Shown here: piece after piece, positions 9,779 through 21,017 of the stretch
Layout: the number at the start of each line of letters is the position of its first letter
Position numbering within the stretch: position 1 is the stretch's first letter
Assembly (NCBI GenBank): GCA_964291285.2
Contig: OZ219788.1
Location: 96,001 to 160,000 of the forward strand
Direction: 5' to 3'
Length of the DNA stretch: 64,000 nt
Source: Alphaproteobacteria bacterium
GTDB taxonomy: Bacteria > Pseudomonadota > Alphaproteobacteria > Bin95
Program-made: the position numbers and the translations under genes
The notes under the pieces: generated by a model
Told to the model about the DNA's origin: nothing
What the model saw: only the letters and a program-made list of their open reading frames with translations
The model's database searches: none

Positions 9779-10768
9779 TTACTCCGGCGCGGCGCCCGGC
9801 ACCAGATGACAGGCAACCTGGTGGCCGGATGCGACATGACGCATCAGCGGCTCCTCGACGCGGCAGCGCGCCTCGGCCAGCGGGCAGCGCGTATGGAAAC
9901 GGCAGCCCGCCGGCGGATTGATGGGACTCGGAATGTCGCCCTTCAGGATAATGCGCTCGCGCCTGGCGCCGGGTTCCGGCACCGGCGCGGCGGACAGCAG
10001 GGCGCGCGTATAGGGATGGCGCGGGTCGGCAAACAGGGTTTCGCGGTCCGTAAGCTCGACGATCTTGCCGAGATACATGACCGCAACCCGGTGGCTGATA
10101 TGCTCGACCACGGCGAGGTCGTGGCTGATGAAGAGATAGGCGAGGTCGAATTCGTCCTGCAGGTCCATCAGCAGGTTCAGCACCTGGGCCTGCACCGAGA
10201 CATCGAGTGCCGAGACAGGCTCGTCTGCAACGATCAGGCCGGGCTCCAGCGCCAGCGCCCGCGCCACGCCGAGCCGCTGGCGCTGCCCGCCGGAGAACTC
10301 GTGCGGATACTTGACCATCTGGTCCGGCCGGAGGCCCACCCGGCCGAACAGGGCCCGCACCCGCTCCTCGATCTCCGCGCGCGGGATTTCGCTGTAGTTC
10401 TCCAGCGGTTCGGCCACGATGCGGCGCGCCGAGAGCCGTGGGTTGAGCGAGGCATAGGGGTCCTGGAACACCATCTGCATCTGCCGGCGCAAGGTACGCA
10501 TCCGGGCCGCGCGGGCATGGGTCACATCCTCGCCGCGCACCAGGATTTCGCCCGAGGTCGGATCGATCAGGCGCAGCACCGTCTTGCCGACCGTCGATTT
10601 GCCGGAACCGCTTTCGCCGACAAGGCCCAGCGTCTCGCCCCGGCGAATATCGAAGCTGATGCCGTCGACGGCCAGCACCGACCCGACCCTGCGCCTCAGG
10701 AGGCCCGCATGGACCGGGAAATGCTTCTTGAGATCGCGGACCTCCAGGACGGTGTCGTCGTCGCTCAT
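9779..10768 (-). CDS. Oligopeptide/dipeptide ABC transporter ATP-binding subunit (OppF/DppF-like)
   Basis: [37 protein letters not shown]-terminal [13 protein letters not shown]. Confidence 0.9.
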   Translation of the reverse strand: MSDDDTVLEVRDLKKHFPVHAGLLRRRVGSVLAVDGISFDIRRGETLGLVGESGSGKSTVGKTVLRLIDPTSGEILVRGEDVTHARAARMRTLRRQMQMVFQDPYASLNPRLSARRIVAEPLENYSEIPRAEIEERVRALFGRVGLRPDQMVKYPHEFSGGQRQRLGVARALALEPGLIVADEPVSALDVSVQAQVLNLLMDLQDEFDLAYLFISHDLAVVEHISHRVAVMYLGKIVELTDRETLFADPRHPYTRALLSAAPVPEPGARRERIILKGDIPSPINPPAGCRFHTRCPLAEARCRVEEPLMRHVASGHQVACHLVPGAAPE

Positions 10769-11772
10769 GCCGCCTGCTCCGCCACCCGTTCCCACTCCCA
10801 GCACGCGACCAGGCGGCCTCCGTCCCGATCCTCAAGCTCCGGCACTTCGGCCCGGCACCTGTCCTGCGCGAACGGGCAGCGCGGCGCGAAGGTGCAGCCC
10901 GGCATTTCCTGCCTGAGCGAGGGCACCACGCCCGGTATTTCGGCAAGGCGTCCTCTGTCGCCCGCCAGCGCCCGTGCGGCAAGCTTGGGGATCGAGCCCA
11001 TGAGGCCGAGCGTGTAGGGATGCAGCGGCCGCGCGAAGAGGTCCGCCACCGCCGCCTCTTCCACCTTGCGCCCGGCATACATGACCACGACGCGCTGCGC
11101 CGTCTCCGCCACCACGCCGAGATCGTGGGTGATGAACACGATGGCCGCGCCGATCTGCTCCTTCAACTGCAGCATGAGGTCGAGGATCTGGGCCTGGATC
11201 GTGACATCCAGCGCGGTGGTCGGCTCGTCGGCAATCAGGATCGACGGGTTGCAGGCGAGCGCCATGGCGATCATCACCCGCTGGCGCATGCCGCCCGAAA
11301 GCTGGTGGGGATATTCGCTGGCGCAGCGCCGGGGCTCGGGTATCTGCACGATGTCCAGCATCTCCACCGCCCGCTCGGCGGCGGCGCGGCGGCCGAGGCC
11401 CTGGTGCAGTTCCAGCGATTCCGCAATCTGCCGGCCCACCGGCATGACGGGATTGAGCGAGGTCATCGGCTCCTGGAAGATCATGGAAATCCGGTTGCCG
11501 CGGATGTCGCGCATCCGCTCCTCGCTCGCCAGCAGCAGGTCCTCGCCGTTGAACAGGATGCGCCCCGCCTCGATCTTCGCGGGCGGGACCGGCAGCAACC
11601 GCAGCACCGACATCGCCGTCACGCTCTTGCCGCAGCCGGACTCCCCGACGATGGACAGCGTCTCGCCCCGGTCGACCCGGATCGACACGCCGTCCACGGC
11701 CCGCACGATGCCGTCGCGGGTGTGGAAATGCGTCTTGAGGCCGTCGATCTCGAGGATTGCGCCGTTCGCCAT
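10765..11772 (-). CDS. Oligopeptide/dipeptide ABC transporter ATP-binding subunit (OppD/DppD-like)
   Basis: [40 protein letters not shown]. Confidence 0.9.
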   Translation of the reverse strand: MANGAILEIDGLKTHFHTRDGIVRAVDGVSIRVDRGETLSIVGESGCGKSVTAMSVLRLLPVPPAKIEAGRILFNGEDLLLASEERMRDIRGNRISMIFQEPMTSLNPVMPVGRQIAESLELHQGLGRRAAAERAVEMLDIVQIPEPRRCASEYPHQLSGGMRQRVMIAMALACNPSILIADEPTTALDVTIQAQILDLMLQLKEQIGAAIVFITHDLGVVAETAQRVVVMYAGRKVEEAAVADLFARPLHPYTLGLMGSIPKLAARALAGDRGRLAEIPGVVPSLRQEMPGCTFAPRCPFAQDRCRAEVPELEDRDGGRLVACWEWERVAEQAA

Positions 11773-11776
11773 CGGG

Positions 11777-12676
11777 CTACATCCGCCGGGCGATGCGGGG
11801 GTCGAGGGAGTCGCGCAGCCCGTCCCCGAGTATGTTCACCGCCAGCACCGTGACAGCGAGGAAGATGCCGGGGAAGAAGATCATCCAGGGCGCGAACTGG
11901 AAGTAGGTCCGCCCCTCGGCCATGATGTTGCCCCAGCTCGGGATTTCGGGCGGCGTGCCGGCCCCGAGGAACGAGAGGATCGCCTCGATCACCACCGCCG
12001 ACGCGCAGACATAGGTCGCCTGCACGATCAACGGGGCGAGCGTGTTCGGTAGGATGTGCTTCAGCAGAATCTTGGGCAGCTTCGTCCCGACCGAGACAGC
12101 GGCCTCGACATAGGGCTGCTCGCGCACGGTCAGCACAACGGCGCGGACGAGGCGCACGACGCGCGGAATCTCCGGGATCGAGATCGCGATAATGACATTG
12201 ACGATGCTGGCGCCGGCCAAGCTGATGAGCGCAATGGCGAGCAGCACGCCCGGTATGGCCATCAGGCCGTCCATGACCCGCATCACGACCGCATCGACCC
12301 AGCGGATATAGCCCGCAACCAGGCCGACCGAGAGCCCGATGACCGTGCTGATCACCGCCACGGCGACCCCCACCATGAGCGAGATCTGCCCCCCGTAGAT
12401 GGTGCGCGCATAGACGTCGCGCCCGAGGAAATCGGCGCCGAACCAGAAGGCTTCGCTCGGCGCCTTCAGGCGGTTGATCGGGTTCAACCTCAGCGGGTCG
12501 GGCGCAATCAGGGGCGCAGCCACCGCGGACAAGGCCATAAGAACCAGGATGCCGCCGCCGACGATCACCGTCGGGTGGCGGCGCGAATATTCCCGGAAGC
12601 GCGCCCAGGCGCCGGGGCGCGGGCCCTCGTCCTCGACCTCGCCGGGGAACGCGGCGACCTGCGGCGCGTCGGCCAT
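11777..12676 (-). CDS. Peptide ABC transporter permease (OppC/DppC-like)
   Basis: [25 protein letters not shown] loop [26 protein letters not shown]. Confidence 0.9.
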   Translation of the reverse strand: MADAPQVAAFPGEVEDEGPRPGAWARFREYSRRHPTVIVGGGILVLMALSAVAAPLIAPDPLRLNPINRLKAPSEAFWFGADFLGRDVYARTIYGGQISLMVGVAVAVISTVIGLSVGLVAGYIRWVDAVVMRVMDGLMAIPGVLLAIALISLAGASIVNVIIAISIPEIPRVVRLVRAVVLTVREQPYVEAAVSVGTKLPKILLKHILPNTLAPLIVQATYVCASAVVIEAILSFLGAGTPPEIPSWGNIMAEGRTYFQFAPWMIFFPGIFLAVTVLAVNILGDGLRDSLDPRIARRM

Positions 12677-13617
12677 CAGTAGCGGATCCTCGGGTCGAGA
12701 ACGGTGTAGGAGAGGTCGATGACGAGGTTCACGATCACATAGGCGCCCGAGAAGATGAGGATGACGCCCTGGATGATCGGGTAGTCGCGCCTCAGCACCG
12801 CGTCGATGGTGAGCCGTCCGAGGCCCGGAATGTTGAAGACGCTTTCCGTGACCACCACGCCGCCGATCAGCAGCGCGATGCCGATGCCGATGATGGTGAC
12901 GATGGGCACCGAGGCGTTGCGGAGCGCGTGGCGGATGAGGAGCGCGTTGTTGTCGAGGCCCTTGGCTCTTGCAGTGCGCATATAGTCCTCGGTCAGCACC
13001 TCGAGCATACTCGCGCGGGTGATGCGGGCGATCAGCGCCACATAGATGATGCCGAGCGCCACCGTGGGCAGGGTGATCGAGCGCAGGAACGGCCAGAAGC
13101 CCTCGCCGATGGGCTTGTAGCCCTGCACCGGGAACCAGCCGAGCGTGATCGAAAAGAGCCACATCATGGCGTAGCCGATGACGAAGACCGGCACCGAGAA
13201 GCCCAGCACGGCGAAGACCATGATGACCCGGTCCGTCAGCGTGCCGGCCTTCCAGGCGGCGATCACGCCCATCGGCACGGCGACGAGGATGGCGAAGATG
13301 ATGGTGGCGATGGCGAGCGCGAGTGTCGGCTCGAGCCGCTGGCCGATCAGCTTGGCGACCGGGAGATTGGAGAAGATCGAGGTGCCGAGATCGCCCGAGA
13401 GCAGGGCCCCCACCCAACTGAAGAACTGGACATGGAGCGGCTCGTTCAGCCCGAGGTTCTCGCGGATTTTCTCGATGTCCTCGGGGCGCGCATAATCGCC
13501 GGCAATAACCACGGCAGGGTCGCCCGGCGTCAGGTGCAGCAGCAGGAAGACGGCAATGCCCACGACCGCCATGACAGGCAGCGTCGCCAGCAGCCGGCGG
13601 GCGATATAGGCGTACAT
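12676..13617 (-). CDS. Peptide ABC transporter permease (OppB/DppB-like)
   Basis: YIARRLL..PGDPA, GDLGTS, EDYMRTARAKGL, RDYPIIQG, LDPRIRY. Confidence 0.9.
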   Translation of the reverse strand: MYAYIARRLLATLPVMAVVGIAVFLLLHLTPGDPAVVIAGDYARPEDIEKIRENLGLNEPLHVQFFSWVGALLSGDLGTSIFSNLPVAKLIGQRLEPTLALAIATIIFAILVAVPMGVIAAWKAGTLTDRVIMVFAVLGFSVPVFVIGYAMMWLFSITLGWFPVQGYKPIGEGFWPFLRSITLPTVALGIIYVALIARITRASMLEVLTEDYMRTARAKGLDNNALLIRHALRNASVPIVTIIGIGIALLIGGVVVTESVFNIPGLGRLTIDAVLRRDYPIIQGVILIFSGAYVIVNLVIDLSYTVLDPRIRY

Positions 13618-13639
13618 TCAGATTGCTTCCGAAAGAGAC

Positions 13640-13671
13640 GCCGCCGGGCGGGAACGGCCCCGCCCGGCGGC
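13640..13671 (-). terminator. Perfect 13-bp stem-loop after the substrate-binding protein gene (attenuator or mRNA stabiliser)
   Basis: GCCGCCGGGCGGG-aacggc-CCCGCCCGGCGGC, followed on the minus strand by GTCTCTTTC; lies between the SBP and permease genes. Confidence 0.6.
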
Positions 13672-13682
13672 TCCGGAACTCG

Positions 13683-15290
13683 TCATCCGGAGTCCTTGGA
13701 GATGTTCCAGAAGAACGGCACCGGCGAGACCAGTACGCCCTTGAGGCCCTTCCGCCAGGCTACCGGCTGGAACCACTGGCCGTAGTTCACATAGGGCACC
13801 ACATGGCCGAAGAGGCGGCCCTGCAGCTCGTCGATGATCGCCTTCTTCTTCATCGGGTCCGCCTCGCGGGCGAAATCGTCGCGAAGCATCTCGGTCTTCT
13901 CGTCCGTCGGCCAGCCGAACCAGGCCCTTTCGACACCGCCGCCCGACACGCCGATATTGGCGATCGGCGACGTCGCGTCCGCGCCCGTTGCATAGGTGTG
14001 GAAGATGTTCCAACCGCCGTCGGCCGGGCTCTTCTTCTCCGCGCGCCGGGAGGTCAGCGTGGACCAGTCCATCGCCTGCACTTCCACATCCATACCGATG
14101 TCGCGAAGCACCTGCGCCGTCACCAGCGCAGCGGCATTCAGCACCGGAATGTCGGTGGACTGCATCAGGATGATCTTCTCACCCTTGTAGCCGGCTTCGG
14201 CGAGGAGCTGTTTGGCCATCTCCGGATCGTGCGACTGGAGCGCCTCGACCCCGACATCCGACTCGTTCGGCGTGCCGCAGATGAAGTAGGCCGCGCATTC
14301 CTTGTAGAGCTTGGGGTCGCCGACGATGGCTTGCAGATACACCGCCTGGTTCACGGCGTAGAGCAGCGCCTGGCGCGCCTTCGGGTTGTCGAAGGGCGGG
14401 TGCAGGTGGTTCGGCCGGAGCCAGCCTTGCGTGCCGAGCGGGTCGATCACGGCCAGTTCGACATTCTCGTCCTGCTCCAGCAGCTGCACCATGTCGACGG
14501 CCGGCGTCTCCCAGAGATCGACTTCGCCGTTGATGAGCGCGTTCATCGCCGTCGCCGGGTCGGGAATGTAGATCCACTCGACCCGGTCGAAATGCACGAC
14601 CTTGCCGCCGGCGGCGCCCGAAGCGGGCTCGCTGCGCGGCACATAGTCCTCGTTCTTGACATAGACGACCTTGGCGCCCGGCACCCACTCTTCCTTGACG
14701 AACCGGAACGGGCCGGAGCCCACGACTTCCGGCACCTGCTGGTTCGGGTCCGTCTCGGCGTGCTCCTTCTTCATCATGAAGGGGGTGTTGGAGCTGATCT
14801 TGCCGATTGAGTCGAGGACCAGACCGTAGGGCTCGTTGAGCGTGAGCGTGAAGGTCTTGTCGTCGACAGCCTTCAGCTCCTTGGTGAAGTCCATGAGCTT
14901 CTGGCCCATGCCGTCCTTCTGGCCCCAGCGTTTGATGGAGGCCACGCAATCCTCGGCCTTCACCGGGTCGCCGTCATGCCATTTGAGGCCGTCGCGCAAA
15001 GTGAAGGTATAGACGAGGCCGTCATCGCTGACGGAATGCTCGCCGACCATCTGCGGGTGGATGTTCAGCTTTTCGTCCTGGGCGAAAAGCGTGTCATAGA
15101 CCATGTAGCCGTGATTGCGGGTGATGTAGGCCGTGGTCCAGATCGGATCCAGGTTCTTCAGGTCGGCATGCGGCACGATGCGCAGCACCGACTCCGCCGA
15201 TGCCGGCCCGACGCCGAGGCCCAGCGCCATCGGCGCCGCAGCCAGCGCGGCGAGCGCCGCGCGCCGTGTCGCGGTTAAGAGTCGTGGCAT
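13683..15290 (-). CDS. Family 5 ABC substrate-binding protein
   Basis: Signal peptide with twin Arg (TATRRAALAAL..ASA); LKNLDPIWTTAYITRNHGYMVYDTLF; YTFTLRDGLKWHDG; GSGPF. Confidence 0.9.
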   Translation of the reverse strand: MPRLLTATRRAALAALAAAPMALGLGVGPASAESVLRIVPHADLKNLDPIWTTAYITRNHGYMVYDTLFAQDEKLNIHPQMVGEHSVSDDGLVYTFTLRDGLKWHDGDPVKAEDCVASIKRWGQKDGMGQKLMDFTKELKAVDDKTFTLTLNEPYGLVLDSIGKISSNTPFMMKKEHAETDPNQQVPEVVGSGPFRFVKEEWVPGAKVVYVKNEDYVPRSEPASGAAGGKVVHFDRVEWIYIPDPATAMNALINGEVDLWETPAVDMVQLLEQDENVELAVIDPLGTQGWLRPNHLHPPFDNPKARQALLYAVNQAVYLQAIVGDPKLYKECAAYFICGTPNESDVGVEALQSHDPEMAKQLLAEAGYKGEKIILMQSTDIPVLNAAALVTAQVLRDIGMDVEVQAMDWSTLTSRRAEKKSPADGGWNIFHTYATGADATSPIANIGVSGGGVERAWFGWPTDEKTEMLRDDFAREADPMKKKAIIDELQGRLFGHVVPYVNYGQWFQPVAWRKGLKGVLVSPVPFFWNISKDSG

Positions 15291-15472
15291 GTTCCCTTGT
15301 CCTCCTCTTGGCTCCCGAGCCGGCCGTACAGCGCCGCTGCCGGACCGCCCGAGCGGCCATGCAACCACGGTTGGGCGCGCTTGTCACCTTCGCCGGCGGC
15401 CGCCCTGTAGGCGGCAATGTCGCGGGCGCAAGACATTGCGCGGCGGCGTGCCTCCTCTATGGTCCTTCGTCC

Positions 15473-17110
15473 ATGACCGACAGCTTCGACTATGTGATCG
15501 TCGGCTCCGGCACGGCCGGGTCCGTGCTGGCGTCCCGGCTCGCGGTCGGCGGCATCCATTCCGTGTGCGTGCTGGAGGCCGGGCCGCCGGACCGCCACCC
15601 GTTCATCCACATCCCCGCCGGCTTCATGAAGACGCTGACGAACCCTGCCGTGAACTGGCTCTATTCCGCCGAGCCCGGCGAGTGGACCGGCGGCCGGCGC
15701 ATCCACGCGCCGCGCGGCAAGACGCTCGGCGGCTCCAGTTCGATCAACGGCCACATCTACAACCGCGGCCAGCGGCTCGACTATGACGGCTGGGCGCAGC
15801 TCGGCAATCGCGGCTGGGGCTATGCCGACGTGCTGCCCTATTTCAAGCGCACGGAGAGGCGCATCGGCGAGGGCGACGACACCTTCCGCGGCCGCGAGGG
15901 CGGCCTCGTCGTGACCGACAACCCCTACCGCCACCCGCTCTGCGAGGCCTTCATCGAAGGCGCGGTCGGGTTCGGCATTCCCCGCAACCCGGACTATAAC
16001 GGCGCCGACCAGGACGGCGTCGGCTATTTCCAGCGCGCGATCCACAACAACCGGCGGGTAAGCGCGGCGCGGGGCTTCCTGCATCCGGCCATGCGCAAGC
16101 GCGGCGCGATGCTCGACGTGCGCACTCACGCCCATGCGACGCGCATCCTGTTCGAGGGCAGGCGCGCGGCCGGCGTGCGCTACCGCACCGACGGCAACCC
16201 CTACGAGGTGCGCGCCCGCCGTGAGGTCATCCTTTGCGGCGGCACGGTCAACTCGCCCCAATTGCTGCAGGTCTCGGGCGTGGGGCCGCCCGAATTGCTG
16301 GGCCGTTTCGGCATCCCCGTGCTGCACGCGCTGCCCGGCGTCGGCGAGAACCTGCACGATCACTACGCCGTGCGGATCGTCGCGCGGGTCAGGGACATGG
16401 AGACGATCAATCAGCGCGTCCGGGGGCCGGCCCTGCTTGCCGAGATCGCCCGCTACTTCGCCGGCGGCACGAGCGTGCTGGGGCTCGCGCCGTCGCTGGT
16501 GCATGTGTTCTGGAAATCGGACCCGTCGCTCGACAAGGGCGACCTCCAGATGACCTTCACGCCGGCCAGCTACAGGGAAGGCGTGCAGGCCGCGCTCGAC
16601 GACTATCCCGCCATGACGATTGCGCCCTGGCAGCAGCGCCCGGAGAGCCGGGGCCATATCCGCATCGCCTCCGCCGACCCATTGGCGCCGCCCGAAATCC
16701 AGCCCAACTACCTCGCGCACGAGATGGACCGGCAGGTGCTGCTGGGCGGCCTCCGGCTCGCGCGCCGCCTGATGCGCACACCGGAACTGGCGCCCTACAA
16801 CGCCGGCGAGGAGTATCCGGGCGACGGCGTGGAGACCGACGATGAGTGGCTCGACGTCGCCCGCCAGCGCGGCACGACCACCTTCCACCTGGTCGGAAGC
16901 TGCCATATGGGGCCGGACACGGACCCGCTCGCCGTCGTGGATGACAGCCTGCGCGTCCGCGGGCTGGACGGCCTCAGGATCGCCGACGCCTCGATCATTC
17001 CGCGCATGCCGTCGGCCAATACCAACGCCGCCACCTTCATGATCGCGGAGAAGGCCGCCGACATGATCCTCGACCGGGCGGCGCCTGCGCCCGTCACCCT
17101 TCCCGACTGA
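15473..17110 (+). CDS. GMC family oxidoreductase (choline dehydrogenase-like)
   Basis: FDYVIVGSGTAG, PRGKTLGGSSSING, NSPQLLQVSGVG, GENLHDH, DASIIP..NTNA. Confidence 0.9.
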   Translation: MTDSFDYVIVGSGTAGSVLASRLAVGGIHSVCVLEAGPPDRHPFIHIPAGFMKTLTNPAVNWLYSAEPGEWTGGRRIHAPRGKTLGGSSSINGHIYNRGQRLDYDGWAQLGNRGWGYADVLPYFKRTERRIGEGDDTFRGREGGLVVTDNPYRHPLCEAFIEGAVGFGIPRNPDYNGADQDGVGYFQRAIHNNRRVSAARGFLHPAMRKRGAMLDVRTHAHATRILFEGRRAAGVRYRTDGNPYEVRARREVILCGGTVNSPQLLQVSGVGPPELLGRFGIPVLHALPGVGENLHDHYAVRIVARVRDMETINQRVRGPALLAEIARYFAGGTSVLGLAPSLVHVFWKSDPSLDKGDLQMTFTPASYREGVQAALDDYPAMTIAPWQQRPESRGHIRIASADPLAPPEIQPNYLAHEMDRQVLLGGLRLARRLMRTPELAPYNAGEEYPGDGVETDDEWLDVARQRGTTTFHLVGSCHMGPDTDPLAVVDDSLRVRGLDGLRIADASIIPRMPSANTNAATFMIAEKAADMILDRAAPAPVTLPD

Positions 17111-17127
17111 CGGGGCAAGCCCGGACC

Positions 17128-18492
17128 GTGGCCGCAGCCGACCTCCTGCCGCTGTTCATGTTCGCGGCGCTCGCCGCATTCCTGTTCACGGGTTTTCCGG
17201 TGGCCTTCGGGCTCGCGGGCCTGACGATCCTGTTCGGCATCGTCGGCAACCTCATGGGCGTGTTCGAATACATCGAGTTCACCAACATGGTGTACCGCAT
17301 CTGGGGCGGCGTGGCGGAGAACCTGGTGCTGACGGCCGTGCCGACCTTCGTTTTCATGGGCGTGATGATGGAGCGGAGCGGCATCGCGCAGGACCTGCTC
17401 TACTGCCTCCAGGTGCTGCTGAAGCGCGTGCCCGGAGGCCTTGCGCTGTCGGTCACCGTGATGGGCACCATCATGGCGGCGATGACCGGCATCATCGGCG
17501 CGTCGGTCACGCTGATGAGCGTGCTCGCCCTGCCCCACATGCTGAAGGCGAAATACGACCACGCGCTCGCCTGCGGCACCATCTGCGCCGCCGGCACGCT
17601 CGGCATCCTCATTCCGCCTTCGATCCTGCTGGTCATCATGGGCGACCTGATGGCGGTCTCGGTCGGCAACCTCTTCCTCGCCGCCCTCTTCCCCGGCCTG
17701 CTGCTCTCCGGCCTCTACTTCGTCTACATCTCTTCCTACTCCGCCATCCGCCCGCAGGTGGCCCCGCCGCTCGCGGATCTCGACACGCCGCAGACCGTTC
17801 CGGCCTATGCGGGCATGCTGCTCAAGGGCTTTATCCCGCCGGCGGTGCTCATCCTGATGATCAAGGTCGCGATCTTCGGCGGCTGGGCGACGCCCACGGA
17901 GGGCGGCGCGGTGGGCGCATTCGGTGCAACGCTGCTCGCAATCGCCAACGGCCGCTTCACGCTCGAGCTGATGAAAGACTGCTGCGACCGCACGGCGCTC
18001 ACCGTGGCGATGATCTTCTTCGTCTTCGTCGGCGCCACCGGCTTCTCCTATGTCTTCCGCTCGCTCGGCGGCGACGAGGTGGTGGACCATCTCATCCTCT
18101 CCGTCGGCCTCGGGAACTGGGGCCTGCTGATCGTGCTCATGGCGATCGTGTTCGTGCTGGGCTTCTTCCTGGACTGGGTCGAGATCACGCTGATCGTGCT
18201 GCCGGTCTTCCTGCCCATCGTCGACATGCTGACCTTCGGCGCGCATGTGCCGGATCACGAGGTCATTTACTGGTTCGCGATCCTGATCGCGGTCAATCTC
18301 CAGACCTCGTTCCTCACGCCCCCCTTCGGCTTTGCGCTCTTCTACATGAAGGGCGTGGCGCCGCCGGAAGTGAAGCTGACGGCGATCTACAAGGGCATCG
18401 TGCCCTTCGTGATCCTGCAGGTGATCGGCCTCACGACGGTCATCGCCTGGCCCGATATCGCGCTCTGGCTGCCCCGCCAATTGCTGGACTGA
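17128..18492 (+). CDS. TRAP transporter large permease (DctM family)
   Basis: Hydrophobic multi-TM protein with [44 protein letters not shown]. Confidence 0.85.
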   Translation: MAAADLLPLFMFAALAAFLFTGFPVAFGLAGLTILFGIVGNLMGVFEYIEFTNMVYRIWGGVAENLVLTAVPTFVFMGVMMERSGIAQDLLYCLQVLLKRVPGGLALSVTVMGTIMAAMTGIIGASVTLMSVLALPHMLKAKYDHALACGTICAAGTLGILIPPSILLVIMGDLMAVSVGNLFLAALFPGLLLSGLYFVYISSYSAIRPQVAPPLADLDTPQTVPAYAGMLLKGFIPPAVLILMIKVAIFGGWATPTEGGAVGAFGATLLAIANGRFTLELMKDCCDRTALTVAMIFFVFVGATGFSYVFRSLGGDEVVDHLILSVGLGNWGLLIVLMAIVFVLGFFLDWVEITLIVLPVFLPIVDMLTFGAHVPDHEVIYWFAILIAVNLQTSFLTPPFGFALFYMKGVAPPEVKLTAIYKGIVPFVILQVIGLTTVIAWPDIALWLPRQLLD

Positions 18493-18532
18493 CCGCTTGC
18501 CCCCGCCGGCCCGTTCGGGCGAAACTGGAGCC

Positions 18533-19585
18533 ATGAACGACGCTCCGGACTCCGGCGAACCCGGCGGCGGACCGGCGGTTCGCCCGGAATGGGAGGCCAC
18601 GGCGCCGACCAGGCGGGAGACGGTGCCGGCGCTTGAGGAAATTCTGAACGAGCCGTTCAGGGCGCTGGACCACGGCTTCGTGCGCGTCGTCGATTACATG
18701 GGCAGCGACAACGCCATCGTGCAGGCGGCGCGCGTTTCCTACGGCAAGGGCACCAAGCGCAGCTCCACCGATGCGGCGCTCATCCGCTACCTGCTCCGCC
18801 ACCGCCACACCACGCCGTTCGAGATGTGCGAGATCAAGCTGCACATCAAGCTGCCGATCTTCGTCGCCCGGCAGTGGATCCGCCACCGGACGGCGAATGT
18901 GAACGAGTATTCCGCCCGCTATTCGAAGATGGACCGGGAGTATTACATTCCCGATCCGGAACACCTGCAGGCCCTGCTGGAGGACCGCAACCGCAAGCGG
19001 CGCGAACGGGAAGCCTGGCCCGACCTGTTCGAGCCCCGCCAACCGGAAGAGCCTGCAACGCTCGCCGCCCAGTCGGACACGAACAGGCAAGGCCGCGAAG
19101 GCCGGCTGACAGCGGCTGAGGTCCACGATTCCCTGTCCAGGCTGGACTGGGTCTCGAGCCGGACCTACGGCGTCTACAAGAACCTGCTGAACGAAGACGA
19201 GGACGGCGAAAAAATCCGGGAAGACAGGTCTGGAATCGCGCGCGAGCTCGCCCGTTCCGTCCTGCCGGTCAACTACTACACCCAGTTTTATTGGAAGTGC
19301 GACCTGCACAACCTGATGCACTTCCTTTCGCTACGCGCCGACAGCCACGCGCAATACGAAATCCGCGCCTATGCCGACCTCATTCTCGACGAGATCGTGA
19401 AGCGCTGGGTGCCGGTGACATACCGCGCTTTCCAGGACTATGTGCATCATGCCGCCTCCCTTTCGGCCGGGGCTCTCGACGTGGTGCGGCGCATGCTGGC
19501 GGGAGAGCGGGTCGAGCAGCCGGACAGCGGCCTCGGCGCGCGCGAATGGCGTGAACTCATGGCCATTCTGGACAAAGAACCTTAG
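18533..19585 (+). CDS. thyX: FAD-dependent thymidylate synthase (with internal insertion)
   Basis: [29 protein letters not shown], ThyX motif [27 protein letters not shown]. Confidence 0.95.
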   Translation: MNDAPDSGEPGGGPAVRPEWEATAPTRRETVPALEEILNEPFRALDHGFVRVVDYMGSDNAIVQAARVSYGKGTKRSSTDAALIRYLLRHRHTTPFEMCEIKLHIKLPIFVARQWIRHRTANVNEYSARYSKMDREYYIPDPEHLQALLEDRNRKRREREAWPDLFEPRQPEEPATLAAQSDTNRQGREGRLTAAEVHDSLSRLDWVSSRTYGVYKNLLNEDEDGEKIREDRSGIARELARSVLPVNYYTQFYWKCDLHNLMHFLSLRADSHAQYEIRAYADLILDEIVKRWVPVTYRAFQDYVHHAASLSAGALDVVRRMLAGERVEQPDSGLGAREWRELMAILDKEP

Positions 19586-19613
19586 CCGCCGGCTTCAACT
19601 CTCGGAGAAAGCA

Positions 19614-20024
19614 ATGAAAATCGAACTCCACCACATCAATGTCTGCACCAAGAATGTGCCCGGGCTGGACGAGTTCTACCGCTCGGTCTTCGGCATGGAG
19701 ACCATGGAGGGGCGCGAAGGCAACCGGAACCTGAACCAGGGCTATTCGGGCGGCGTGTCGTTCCTGACCGACGGGCGCACCGAGTTCCACCTCGCCACGC
19801 AGGACCTAGGCGTCGGGCACCGCATGGGCCACGCCGTCAACCCGCTCGAGCGCGGGCATATCGCCTTCCGCACGGACGATATCGAGGCGGTCAAGCAGCG
19901 CCTGACCGACCTCGGCATTCCCTTCTCGGACTACGGCGCCTGGGCCATGGGCGGCTGGTACCAGATTTTCTTCCAGGACCCCGAAGGCACGATCATCGAG
20001 ATACACCAGCCGGGCTACGAATGA
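19614..20024 (+). CDS. VOC/glyoxalase family protein
   Basis: LHHINV, FHL, GHIAFRTDDIE, QIFFQDPEGTIIEIH; GGAGA RBS upstream. Confidence 0.8.
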   Translation: MKIELHHINVCTKNVPGLDEFYRSVFGMETMEGREGNRNLNQGYSGGVSFLTDGRTEFHLATQDLGVGHRMGHAVNPLERGHIAFRTDDIEAVKQRLTDLGIPFSDYGAWAMGGWYQIFFQDPEGTIIEIHQPGYE

Positions 20025-20072
20025 CGGCGGGCGGCTTATACTGCCGCTACCTTCACACGGGATATCAACATC

Positions 20073-21017
20073 ATGCAGTTTCGCAATCTGGGCCGCTCCG
20101 GCCTGCAGGTCTCGCTCGTCGGCGTGGGTTGCAACAATTTCGGCCAGCGGCTCGACCAGGCCGGCACCGACGCCGTGGTCCATGCCGCGCTCGACGCGGG
20201 CATCACGCTGTTCGACACCGCCGACATCTATGGCGGGCGGGGCAAGTCCGAAGAATTTCTCGGCAAGTCGCTGGGACCGCGCCGCAAGGACATCGTGCTC
20301 GCCAGCAAATTCGGGATGCGCATGGCGGACGGGCCCTACGGCATCGGCGCGGCGCGCTTTTACATCATGCACGCGGTCGAGGCGAGCCTCCGGCGGCTCG
20401 GCACGGACTGGATCGACCTCTACCAGCTCCACCAGCCCGACCCGCTGACCCCCGTCGAGGAGACGCTGCGCGCGCTCGACGACCTCATCCGCCAGGGCAA
20501 GGTGCGCTATATCGGCCATTCCAATTTCACCGCCTGGCAGACGGTCGAGGCGGAACTCACCGCCGAGATGCACGGCCTCAACGCCTTCGTCTCCGCGCAG
20601 GACGAATACAGCCTCGCCATGCGCGGCCTGGAAGACGACCGGCTGGCGATGATGGAGAAATACGATCTCGGGCTGCTGCCCTTCTTCCCGCTGGCGAGCG
20701 GCCTGCTTACCGGCAAACACGGCGACAAGCCGCTCGCCGGAACGCGCATGGCGGATTCGAGCCGCTTCATCGAACGCTACTGGACGGACGCCAATCTCGC
20801 CATGGTGCGGGAGCTCACCGCCTTCGCCCGCGAACGCGGCCGGACCATGCTCGACCTCGCCATGTCGTGGCTGGCGGCGCGCCCGCAGGTCTCCAGCGTC
20901 ATTGCCGGCGCCATGTCGCCCGAGCAGATCCGGACCAATGCCGTCGCCTGCGACTGGGTGATGACCGCGGACGAGCTGGCGGCCATAGACGAGATCTGGG
21001 ACCGCACGCACTCATGA
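20073..21017 (+). CDS. Aldo/keto reductase
   Basis: FRNLGRSGLQVS.VGVGCNNFG, FDTADIYG, ASKFG, SLRRLGTDWIDLYQLH. Confidence 0.9.
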   Translation: MQFRNLGRSGLQVSLVGVGCNNFGQRLDQAGTDAVVHAALDAGITLFDTADIYGGRGKSEEFLGKSLGPRRKDIVLASKFGMRMADGPYGIGAARFYIMHAVEASLRRLGTDWIDLYQLHQPDPLTPVEETLRALDDLIRQGKVRYIGHSNFTAWQTVEAELTAEMHGLNAFVSAQDEYSLAMRGLEDDRLAMMEKYDLGLLPFFPLASGLLTGKHGDKPLAGTRMADSSRFIERYWTDANLAMVRELTAFARERGRTMLDLAMSWLAARPQVSSVIAGAMSPEQIRTNAVACDWVMTADELAAIDEIWDRTHS

